Shown here: positions 56,399-64,000 of the stretch, piece by piece | Layout of the letters: the number at the start of each line of letters is the position of its first letter | Position numbering within the stretch: the first letter of the stretch is position 1 | DNA from: Candidatus Omnitrophota bacterium | GTDB taxonomy: Bacteria > Omnitrophota > Gorgyraeia > Gygaellales > Profunditerraquicolaceae | DNA: 64,000 nt | Assembly (NCBI GenBank): GCA_041308845.1 | Contig: JBFZAT010000011.1 | Span: 9,540 to 73,539, forward strand | Direction: 5' to 3' | The notes under the pieces: model-generated | The model's input: the letters and a program-made list of their open reading frames with translations, nothing else | The model's database searches: none | What the model was told of the DNA's origin: nothing | Position numbers and translations under genes: made by a program

Positions 56399-57331
56399 TT
56401 GAAAAAAACCTTAACATTTTTATTCTTGGTTTGTATTGTATCCGGTTGCGCTACTTATAAATTTCAGAAACCGGATGCCTCTGCCGAACAGGGTTATTTA
56501 GCTTATTATGATGGTAAGCCTATCGCTGAATATACGGTTGGGGAAAATAAATCTCTTCCGGATTTGGCCTTGGCTAAAAAAAGGTTTAAGCGCCGCCGCT
56601 TCAGCGTCGAACGGCATTATAAACAAACCGGAGAAATCCAATCACGTTTAAGGAGCTATTTATGGGATCCGCCGGCGATGGTTATTGGTTTTATCGGAGG
56701 AGTTCTACGCTGGCCGCTAATTGCCGCGGCAGATTACAAATATCACCGTTCTCCTGCATATAAGGCCAGAGTGGATAAACTGGAAGAGGAAAAAGAAAAC
56801 CGAGAAACAGCGCGCTTGAATGCTTTACGGCAGAAACTTGATAGCTATATTGCCGAAGATTTAACTCAGGAAGAATTGTCTGTGGAAGATAAAATGCTAC
56901 CCGGGAATCCAGCGCCAAAAACTCGTTTAGTTCGGGCGGATAAAAAAATAGCTAAGCCGGCCGCGGATCTAGCCAAGGCTTCTTCGGTCGGGGCAAAACA
57001 AAAAGTTGCAGATCGGCCGGTGGCGGTAACTGTTCCGTTAGTCCAGGAGGAATCTGCTTTAGCTGTAGCTGTAATTTCTGCTCAACCGGTTAAAGGCTAT
57101 TCTCCGCTGAAAGTCAAATTTTCCGGTCAGCGATCGCATTCTAAATCTGCTAAAATTGTTTCTTATCTATGGGATTTCGGAGATGGAGATACTTCTACCC
57201 AGAAAAACCCGGAGAATACCTATTGGAGTACTACTTTTGGTGCGCGTAATTTTACGGTTACCTTGACTGTTAGAGATCAGACAGGTGCGTTCTCCAGCGC
57301 TAGCTGCGTAATTGAAGTGATTACCCGCTAA
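56399..57331 (+). CDS. Lipoprotein with C-terminal PKD domain
   Basis: Lipobox LVCIVSGC after a TTG start; C-terminal VSYLWDFGDGDTSTQKNPENTY...FTVTLTVRD. Confidence 0.6.
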   Translation: MKKTLTFLFLVCIVSGCATYKFQKPDASAEQGYLAYYDGKPIAEYTVGENKSLPDLALAKKRFKRRRFSVERHYKQTGEIQSRLRSYLWDPPAMVIGFIGGVLRWPLIAAADYKYHRSPAYKARVDKLEEEKENRETARLNALRQKLDSYIAEDLTQEELSVEDKMLPGNPAPKTRLVRADKKIAKPAADLAKASSVGAKQKVADRPVAVTVPLVQEESALAVAVISAQPVKGYSPLKVKFSGQRSHSKSAKIVSYLWDFGDGDTSTQKNPENTYWSTTFGARNFTVTLTVRDQTGAFSSASCVIEVITR

Positions 57332-57367
57332 ATGATTTAGTAGAATTAGCCGGTAATATTATTATGT

Positions 57368-58888
57368 TTAACGGTCGAGGTTACGGTATTGAATTGCTTC
57401 TGAGAGATGTTCTGCCAGAATGTTTTCAGAGCCAGCCCAGTCTGCGATTGTCCGGGAGACTCTGAGAATCTTATCATAAGCCCGGGCAGAAAACCCTAAT
57501 TCTGTCATCGCCAACCTGAGTAATTCTTTGGCTTTTTCTTCAAGCTGACAATATTTTCTAATTAATTTTGGATTCATTTGGGCGTTGTAAAAGATATTTT
57601 CTGTTTTAAAGCGTTCTCTTTGCCTGTGCCGGGTTTTTTCTACTCGATTTTTAATCGTAGAGGAGGATTCAGCGTCTTGCCGGTCAGCCAGCTCCTGGTA
57701 TTTTATTGAAGGCAACTCAAGGTGTATATCAATCCTATCTAAAAGCGGCCCAGAAATTTTGCCCATATAACTGGCAATTTTATTTGGGTTACAACGGCAG
57801 GGTTTATGCGGATCTGTATAGTATCCACACGGGCAAGGATTCATTGCCCCGACTAGCATAAAAGCGGCAGGAAAAGCAAAAGATTTCATGATGCGGCAGA
57901 TGCGGATATGACCGTCTTCCAGGGGTTGCCGCAGTGCTTCCAGGCAATCTCGATGGAATTCCGGTAGTTCATCTAAAAAAATTACCCCCTGATGGCTTAA
58001 AGATATCTCTCCGGGGCGCGGGATAGAACCTCCGCCTACCATTGCCACGCTAGAAATAGTATGGTGTGGGCTACGAAACGGCCGGGTTGCCAGCAGTCCT
58101 TCTTTCATCAGCAGGGTGCCGGCAACAGAATGTATCCTGGTTATTTCTAGGGCTTCTTCTAGAATTAGATCTGGCATAATGGTGGGGATTCTTTTGGCGA
58201 GCATAGTCTTGCCGCTGCCTGGAGGGCCGATCATTAGGATGTTATGGCCTCCGGATACGGCCACTTCAATTGCTCTTTTAGCAAAAAATTGGCCTTTGAC
58301 TTCAGAAAAATCTAAGGAGTATGCGGAGTTATTCTGGAGTATTTGATTAGCTTCTAATCTAAAGGGTTGTTGTAAGCCAGGTTCAGCTAAAAATTGGACT
58401 ACTGCTTGTAGATTCTTAAGTGGCCAAACCGATATTTCTGGAATAATGCCTGCCTCCTGCGCATTTTCTCCGGGGAGAACAAGATTCTTGAGGCAAGATC
58501 CAGCTAAAGCTAGCCCTATCGCTAAAACTCCGCGTACCGGCCGCAGTCTTCCTTCAAGAGACAATTCTCCTAAGAAACAATAATCTTTCATTTGATTATT
58601 GGTTAGCTGTCCGCTGGCCGCCAAGATACCTAGGGCAATCGCTAAATCAAAGGCTGATCCCTCTTTTTTAATATTGGAGGGAGACAAGTTAACAGTTATC
58701 CTCTGGGCCGGCCAAGTCAACCCCGAATTTTTTATTGCCGAACGTACCCGCTCTTTGCTTTCTTTAACTGCAGTATCTGCTAAGCCGACTAGGTTTACCG
58801 CCGGTAGGCCGTTAGAGATGTCCACTTCGATTTCCACTGGATAAGCTTCTAGCCCCATCAGACCAAAACTGTAAGTTTTTGAGATCAT
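57368..58888 (-). CDS. comM: YifB/ComM-family Mg-chelatase-like AAA+ ATPase
   Basis: N-terminal Lon-protease-like domain (FGLMGLEAYPVEIEVDISNGLP), Walker A GPPGSGKT, 506 aa. Confidence 0.85.
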   Translation of the reverse strand: MISKTYSFGLMGLEAYPVEIEVDISNGLPAVNLVGLADTAVKESKERVRSAIKNSGLTWPAQRITVNLSPSNIKKEGSAFDLAIALGILAASGQLTNNQMKDYCFLGELSLEGRLRPVRGVLAIGLALAGSCLKNLVLPGENAQEAGIIPEISVWPLKNLQAVVQFLAEPGLQQPFRLEANQILQNNSAYSLDFSEVKGQFFAKRAIEVAVSGGHNILMIGPPGSGKTMLAKRIPTIMPDLILEEALEITRIHSVAGTLLMKEGLLATRPFRSPHHTISSVAMVGGGSIPRPGEISLSHQGVIFLDELPEFHRDCLEALRQPLEDGHIRICRIMKSFAFPAAFMLVGAMNPCPCGYYTDPHKPCRCNPNKIASYMGKISGPLLDRIDIHLELPSIKYQELADRQDAESSSTIKNRVEKTRHRQRERFKTENIFYNAQMNPKLIRKYCQLEEKAKELLRLAMTELGFSARAYDKILRVSRTIADWAGSENILAEHLSEAIQYRNLDR

Positions 58889-58990
58889 CTGTTCTCCTTT
58901 TAAGCTAATAGACGCAAGGCAAGGGTTAATCTAACGGGTTTTAACTAAAATAGCTTGCTTTTTAAGTAGGGAATTATATAATATAAACTT

Positions 58991-59560
58991 ATGAATAGAG
59001 GAGTAGTCAAGAACTTGATACTGTTTTTGCTATTGGGGGTGACGTTGGCCAGCGTGTTTAGTTATATAAGCGAGCTCAAGGCCCGATTTAGCCTTCAAGA
59101 TAGCTTGGCTCAGACACAAATCAAGTTGACTTTGTTAACTCAAGAGCAGCAAAACTTATTGCAAGAATTAAAGAAAGAAAAAGAGTTTAGTCTAAGCCTG
59201 TTAAAGAAAAATTACGATCTTAAGGTTTATTTAAAGGCTAGTCAGATCAGGCTGGGGAACCTTTTGCGGGAAAACGCCGAAACCCAGCAAGATCTGGCTG
59301 AAATAAATACCCGTTTTGCGGTTTTAAAAGCCGAAAATCGGGCCTTGATTGAAAGCCATAAGCGCGGTTATATAGAAAACCAGCAATTAAAGCTAAAATT
59401 GAGTTCAGTGCGCGAGCTGAAAAAAGCTATCCGAGCATTGCGGACCCGAAGAGCCCCGGTTTACAACTTAGATACAGAAAAAAATCAGGGATTTATGACT
59501 AAGGACGGCTGGCCAACTTTAGATAGAATCAAGATTGAAGTCCTGCCCGCGAAAAATTAA
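58991..59560 (+). CDS. Membrane-anchored coiled-coil protein (septation/division-like), function unknown
   Basis: One N-terminal TM helix, then a Leu/Gln/Lys heptad-rich ~150 aa. Confidence 0.35.
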   Translation: MNRGVVKNLILFLLLGVTLASVFSYISELKARFSLQDSLAQTQIKLTLLTQEQQNLLQELKKEKEFSLSLLKKNYDLKVYLKASQIRLGNLLRENAETQQDLAEINTRFAVLKAENRALIESHKRGYIENQQLKLKLSSVRELKKAIRALRTRRAPVYNLDTEKNQGFMTKDGWPTLDRIKIEVLPAKN

Positions 59561-59566
59561 AAGAAA

Positions 59567-60016
59567 ATGAAAGAATTTTTTATAGAGGTATATCGCAATA
59601 AGATTCTGATGGCGACTATTTCTGCTTGGTTAATCGCTCAGACGATTAAAGTGATGGTCGGTATATTTTATAAAAAGAAATTTGATTTTCGCTTATTTAT
59701 CGGTAGCGGAGGCATGCCTTCTGCGCACGCTGCCGGAGCAGCTTGTTTAGGAACGAGCATAGGTTTTGAATGTGGATTTGACAGTGTTTATTTCGCCTTA
59801 GCTTTTGTATTTGCGATTGTAGTCATGTTTGATGCGCAGGGAGTACGGCGCTCCACAGGCAAACAAGCGGGTATCTTAAATACGATTATGGAGGATATTT
59901 ACTGGCGGGGCAAAATTCAGCAGATGCGTTTGCGTGAGCTTATCGGCCACACTCCGGTGGAAGTCATCGCCGGTCTATTGCTGGGGATTGCGGTGGCTTT
60001 ACTGGCGAGGGCCTAG
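59567..60016 (+). CDS. Divergent PAP2-family (DUF212) membrane protein
   Basis: GGMPSAHAA...MFDAQGVRR...GHTPVEV blocks, 149 aa. Confidence 0.65.
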   Translation: MKEFFIEVYRNKILMATISAWLIAQTIKVMVGIFYKKKFDFRLFIGSGGMPSAHAAGAACLGTSIGFECGFDSVYFALAFVFAIVVMFDAQGVRRSTGKQAGILNTIMEDIYWRGKIQQMRLRELIGHTPVEVIAGLLLGIAVALLARA

Positions 60017-60038
60017 CCAGGCGAACAGGGAGGTTCTA

Positions 60039-60848
60039 GTGAAAAAAAGATTAACACTTATAATTATAGCCGTGGTGGCAATTGGCAGCATTGCTATCTT
60101 TTGGGGCAGTAAAAGAATTACCAAAACCGTTAAAAAGACTGAACATGTTTCAGCGCGTTCTTTGGCTAATCAAGCGCGGAATCTGGAGGCTCAGGGTAAT
60201 TTATTGGAGGCTAAGTTATTATACCAAAAGATGGTGAACGACTTTCCGGAATCTTCCGAGGTAGCGAGTTGGCAAAAAAGAACCGAAGAGATAAATCTTA
60301 GGTTGCTTTTTTCTTCGCTGGAAACCCCCAAAAGTATAATTTATCAGATCCGGCCGGGAGATACTTTGTATAAAATTGCCCGAGAGCATAAGACGACCAC
60401 TGAGCTGATTATGAAAAGCAACAATATTAATGATGCTTTGATTATTCCCGGACGCAAGATTAAGATTTGGACCGCGCCTTTTAATATTTTAGTGGATAAA
60501 TCTCAGAATATTTTGATGTTAAAAGATAACGAAGAGATCATTAAAACTTATATTGTATCTACAGGCAAAAACAATTGCACTCCGGTTGGGGTGTTTAAAA
60601 TTGTGAATAAACTAGTTAATCCTACCTGGTTTAAGGCTGGGGCAGTAGTGCCGGCGCAAAGCCCGGAAAATGTTTTGGGCACGCGTTGGATGGGTTTTGA
60701 TCTGGCTGGTTATGGCATTCATGGGACGACTGAGCCAAAAGAGTTGGGTAAACAAGTAACCCAGGGCTGCGTGCGCTTGAGTAATACCGATGTTGAAGAG
60801 CTTTACAGTATTGTCCCGGTCGGAACGGAAGTTACCGTAATTGAATAA
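60039..60848 (+). CDS. LysM-domain L,D-transpeptidase (YkuD family)
   Basis: GTG start after a GGGAGG RBS; signal anchor; LysM ([19 protein letters not shown]...IIPGRKI); catalytic HGT...GCVRLSN. Confidence 0.75.
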   Translation: MKKRLTLIIIAVVAIGSIAIFWGSKRITKTVKKTEHVSARSLANQARNLEAQGNLLEAKLLYQKMVNDFPESSEVASWQKRTEEINLRLLFSSLETPKSIIYQIRPGDTLYKIAREHKTTTELIMKSNNINDALIIPGRKIKIWTAPFNILVDKSQNILMLKDNEEIIKTYIVSTGKNNCTPVGVFKIVNKLVNPTWFKAGAVVPAQSPENVLGTRWMGFDLAGYGIHGTTEPKELGKQVTQGCVRLSNTDVEELYSIVPVGTEVTVIE

Positions 60849-60853
60849 AGAAT

Positions 60854-61801
60854 ATGGCCGCGCTAGAGTTTGAAAAACCGATTGTAGAGTTAGAGAAGAA
60901 AATTCAAGAGCTCAAATCTTTTATGGCGGAGAAAAAGATTGATTTATCCGCTGAGATTAAAAAGCTTGATGATAAGCTCGAGCATTTAAAAAAAGACACT
61001 TATATTAATCTTTCCGCTTGGCAGAAAGTGCAGTTAGCCCGCCATCCTTTAAGGCCGTATACCTTAGATTATATTCATATAATTATGTCGGATTTCGTGG
61101 AGTTGCACGGTGACCGTTTGTTTAGCGACGATAAGGCGATGATTTGCGGCCTGGCTAAAATAGATAAAAAGAAAGTCTTAGTGATTGGTCATCAAAAAGG
61201 CCGGGATACTAAAGAAAACTTAAAACGTAATTTCGGCTGCGCGCATCCTGAAGGGTATCGTAAAGCTTTGCGCCTGATGCAACTAGCTGAAGAATTCGAC
61301 TTGCCGGTGGTAGTGTTTATCGATACGCCCGGGGCCTATCCGGGTATCGGTGCCGAAGAACGCGGACAGTCTCATGCTATTGCACTTAATTTAAGGGAGA
61401 TGATGAGTTTTGCTGTACCGATCGTGGCTGTGGTGATTGGAGAAGGTGGTTCTGGAGGGGCTTTAGGGGTAGGGGTGGCTGACCGGCTGGCAGTCTTAGA
61501 AAATTCATATTATTCTGTTATTTCACCGGAAGGCTGTGCGGCAATTCTCTGGAAGGACGGAGCTAAAGCTCCTCAGGCAGCAGAAGTTTTAAAACTCACC
61601 GGTCCGGATCTTTTAAGAATGGGGTTGATTGATGAAGTAATCCCTGAGCCACTCGGCGGAGCCCACCGTGACGTACAAAAAATCGCTGCTAACATTAAAG
61701 AAGCAATTTTAAGGAACCTTAAAGAATTAGAATCTTTAGATAAGCCAGAGCTGCTTAAAACACGGTATAAGAAGTTTAGGTCTATGGGCGTTACTGGATG
61801 A
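60854..61801 (+). CDS. accA: Acetyl-CoA carboxylase carboxyltransferase alpha subunit
   Basis: [14 protein letters not shown]..., GGSGGALG..., 315 aa. Confidence 0.9.
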   Translation: MAALEFEKPIVELEKKIQELKSFMAEKKIDLSAEIKKLDDKLEHLKKDTYINLSAWQKVQLARHPLRPYTLDYIHIIMSDFVELHGDRLFSDDKAMICGLAKIDKKKVLVIGHQKGRDTKENLKRNFGCAHPEGYRKALRLMQLAEEFDLPVVVFIDTPGAYPGIGAEERGQSHAIALNLREMMSFAVPIVAVVIGEGGSGGALGVGVADRLAVLENSYYSVISPEGCAAILWKDGAKAPQAAEVLKLTGPDLLRMGLIDEVIPEPLGGAHRDVQKIAANIKEAILRNLKELESLDKPELLKTRYKKFRSMGVTG

Positions 61802-62313
61802 TTGACCAGGAGCTAATTTTACTAGGTTTATTGCGTCAAAGCCCCAAGCACGGCTATGAAATTAAAGTTAAAGTCCGCGAAATCCTCTCCTTATTTGCCG
61901 GCGTAGAGCTAAAATCGATCTATTATCCCTTAAAAATTTTAGAAAAAAAAGGCTTGCTTGTCAAATCTGCGGTTAAAAAGGGCAAGCGGCCTTTGCGTTT
62001 CGTTTATTGCCTTACCCCCCGGGGCAAAAAACGATTTGAGATGCTGCTCAATAAGAACTTGTTGGATTTTAAGCGGCCGCAGTTTACCCTGGATTTAAGC
62101 CTGTATTTTTTGGGTTTTATGAAACCGGTGCAGGCCCGGCGCAGGCTGAAGAAAAGGCTAGAAATTTTAGACAAGATCCTCTCCGGCATAAAACGGATGT
62201 CTAATTCCGGGCAGCTAAAACATTCCTTGCCCCTGCAGCGGATTATGGAACATAATCTTTGTCTTTTACGCGCCGAAGCCGCTTTCCTAAGCTCACTGCT
62301 TAAAAAAATTTAG
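61798..62313 (+). CDS. PadR-family transcriptional regulator
   Basis: [15 protein letters not shown]...[15 protein letters not shown] winged-helix region. Confidence 0.65.
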   Translation: MIDQELILLGLLRQSPKHGYEIKVKVREILSLFAGVELKSIYYPLKILEKKGLLVKSAVKKGKRPLRFVYCLTPRGKKRFEMLLNKNLLDFKRPQFTLDLSLYFLGFMKPVQARRRLKKRLEILDKILSGIKRMSNSGQLKHSLPLQRIMEHNLCLLRAEAAFLSSLLKKI

Positions 62314-62408
62314 GATTTTTGTAGATAATTACTTGACAAGAAATATCTTCTTGGCTAAAATATAGTAAAATTTTACTATATTCGGGGAGTTGAAAAGTCA
62401 GCATTACT

Positions 62409-62678
62409 ATGATTTGGGAAGTCGAAACCGAGAGAAAATTTAAAACCCTAATTTCCAAGATCCCGGTCTTTCATCGGCATATTACGGAATCCGTGGTCCG
62501 GCGTCAAGCTGAAATTGTCGCCGCCGCCCGGAATGCCCCCGTCGTCGGCGAGCAGGATGTGGTGGCGGCTTTTTTTTCGGATGTCCCCTCCCCGTTTTAC
62601 AGTATGATGGTTCGCCTGCTTGGGCAGAACGGGTTTGATTATAAAAAATACGGCTTTCCAAAAAACATTAAACCATAA
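62409..62678 (+). CDS. Small PCP_red-like domain protein
   Basis: WEVETERKFKTLISKIPVFHRHITESVVRRQAEIVAAARNAPVV resembles the PF08369 consensus (W..eAe..l.kiP.fvR..vr...E..A...G). Confidence 0.4.
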   Translation: MIWEVETERKFKTLISKIPVFHRHITESVVRRQAEIVAAARNAPVVGEQDVVAAFFSDVPSPFYSMMVRLLGQNGFDYKKYGFPKNIKP

Positions 62679-63682
62679 TGCGCATTGCAGTCATCGGGGC
62701 CGGAGCCATCGGTTGTTTAGTAGCCGGCTATCTTAAAGAAAAGGGTGAAGAGGTGACTTTAGTCGGTCACGGCCCGAGCGTGAGCGCCATTAATGACCGC
62801 GGTATCGTTATCTCCGGGGTCAGGGGGAACTTAGCGGTACGGCTGAACATTACCGAATCCCTGAATTATACCCCGGATTTAGTAATTTTAACTACCAAAA
62901 CTCAAGATATTGACAGTGCCCTGGCTGATAGCATTCATTTAATCCGGAATGCTTTAATGCTCACCACGCAAAACGGGGTTCAAGCAGACCAACTGGTGGC
63001 CGGCTATATGCCGGTTGAGAAAATTATTTCCAGCATCGTGATGTTTGGGGCTACTTATCTTGAGCCTGGTCGGGTAGTGCATAATTTTGAAGGTAGTTGG
63101 ATTTTAGGCAGTATTTTTAATCCTCACCCGACTGAAGCCCTGCTGGCTTTAAGCCTGGTTTTGAATAAGGCCTTCCCGGCGGTGATCAGCCAGCAGATCA
63201 AGGGGATGAAATACCTGAAGATCTTTGTGAATGCCAATAATTGCCTGCCGGCTATCCTGGGTAAGAGTATGCAAGAGGTTTTTAGCGACCTGACCGTCAG
63301 CCGGATCAGTATTGCTATTTGGAAAGAAGCTTTTGAGGTTTTTAATAAAATCGGAATTGACCTGGTTTCTCTGCCAGGATTTCCGGTTGAGAACTTGACG
63401 AAGTTTACGAATATGCCTAGCGTTCATGCGGCGGAGATTTTTTCTGGGCTGATGAGAAATTTAAGCAAGGATCCGCTGTACGGCTCAATCTTACAAAGTA
63501 TCATGCGGGGCAAGCTTTCTGAGATCGATTATATTAACGGTGAGTTTGTGCGTTTGGCCGAAAAAAATAATCTGCAGGCGCCTTTAAACAAAGCTTTGGT
63601 TGAGATGGTGCATGAGGTTGAAACGAGTTGTCAGTTTTTCAGCAAAGAAGATCTTATCCAGAGGACCAAGGAGTTTATTTAA
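62678..63682 (+). CDS. Ketopantoate reductase PanE/ApbA-family NAD(P)-dependent oxidoreductase
   Basis: MRIAVIGAGAIGCLVAGYL Rossmann motif, 334 aa, C-terminal PanE-like helical domain. Confidence 0.6.
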   Translation: MRIAVIGAGAIGCLVAGYLKEKGEEVTLVGHGPSVSAINDRGIVISGVRGNLAVRLNITESLNYTPDLVILTTKTQDIDSALADSIHLIRNALMLTTQNGVQADQLVAGYMPVEKIISSIVMFGATYLEPGRVVHNFEGSWILGSIFNPHPTEALLALSLVLNKAFPAVISQQIKGMKYLKIFVNANNCLPAILGKSMQEVFSDLTVSRISIAIWKEAFEVFNKIGIDLVSLPGFPVENLTKFTNMPSVHAAEIFSGLMRNLSKDPLYGSILQSIMRGKLSEIDYINGEFVRLAEKNNLQAPLNKALVEMVHEVETSCQFFSKEDLIQRTKEFI

Positions 63683-64000
63683 TGTCTGAAATCAATTCCC
63701 CTTTTTGCCGCCTCAAACTTACAGTAACCCAGGTTTTAGGTGAGTGTTACCACGGCTATAAAATCGGAGACGAGCTTATTTTAGAGGATTTTACGCATGG
63801 CCCTAAACATTTCTGTTTAGGGTTAGCGCATGCTTTATTCCCGGTGATTTACGCTTTAAGCTTCGGGGCGAAATTCGGGTTTCGGGATAATCAGCGTTCA
63901 TTACTGGTGACCTGTCCTGACGGAGGCAAACTGGAATTTAAAGCGGAAATTTTAGATAAACAGGGTAAAGTAGAAGTTCTTCCGCGCGACCCGGAGCATA
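63682..64000 (+). CDS. Small Cys/His-containing protein, TIGR04076-like, 3' partial at the window edge
   Basis: ATG overlaps the stop of the upstream gene; the open frame MSEINSPFCRLKLTVTQVLGECYHGYKIGDEL...HFCLGLAHALFPVIYAL runs to the window end. Confidence 0.35.
   Translation, partial: MSEINSPFCRLKLTVTQVLGECYHGYKIGDELILEDFTHGPKHFCLGLAHALFPVIYALSFGAKFGFRDNQRSLLVTCPDGGKLEFKAEILDKQGKVEVLPRDPEH

Noticed and set aside
1-64000. CRISPR arrays / cas genes
   Set aside because: I looked for regularly spaced 25-40-nt direct repeats and for Cas signatures (HD, RuvC, large helical ORFs) and found none. The only notable short direct repeats are the 14-nt pair at 47374/47422 and the duplicated promoter.

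Overview
Low-GC (roughly 40-45% by eye) bacterial chromosomal segment, densely coded and mostly on the + strand. Layout: (i) tRNA-Arg(CCG), then a pyrimidine-biosynthesis operon carA-carB-[mutM]-pyrK-pyrD-pyrF. (ii) A V/A-type ATPase operon in the order E-X-A-B-D-I-K. (iii) A ~22-kb accessory island (15.0-37.5 kb) made of paralogous glycosylation modules. These comprise GT-C integral-membrane glycosyltransferases, DUF2079 membrane proteins, GT2 polyprenol-phosphate sugar synthases, five radical SAM enzymes (three B12-binding class B and two with Cys-rich SPASM/twitch-like C-termini) and an AsnB-type amidotransferase. The island is split by transposase/integrase remnants, tRNA-Val(TAC), tRNA-Asp(GTC) and a terminator. 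(iv) An outer-membrane beta-barrel candidate that shares a duplicated promoter element with the island. (v) An operon of a tRNA-binding protein, a CxxCxxCC protein, DUF2156 and a DnaQ-like exonuclease. (vi) A protein with a PilZ domain, a transmembrane helix, a coiled coil and an alpha/alpha-toroid-like domain. (vii) Two Ddl-like ATP-grasp ligases plus a KamA-family aminomutase, preceded by a structured leader. (viii) Housekeeping genes: purH, folC, mnmE, folE, comM, accA, a PadR regulator and an L,D-transpeptidase. No CRISPR array was seen. The island at 15-37.5 kb, with its mirror-duplicated gene pairs around radical SAM enzymes, is the best candidate for an undescribed system. I read it as a radical-SAM-tailored, polyprenol-linked glycoconjugate pathway. 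All family assignments rest on motifs recognised by eye and should be confirmed with HMM searches.
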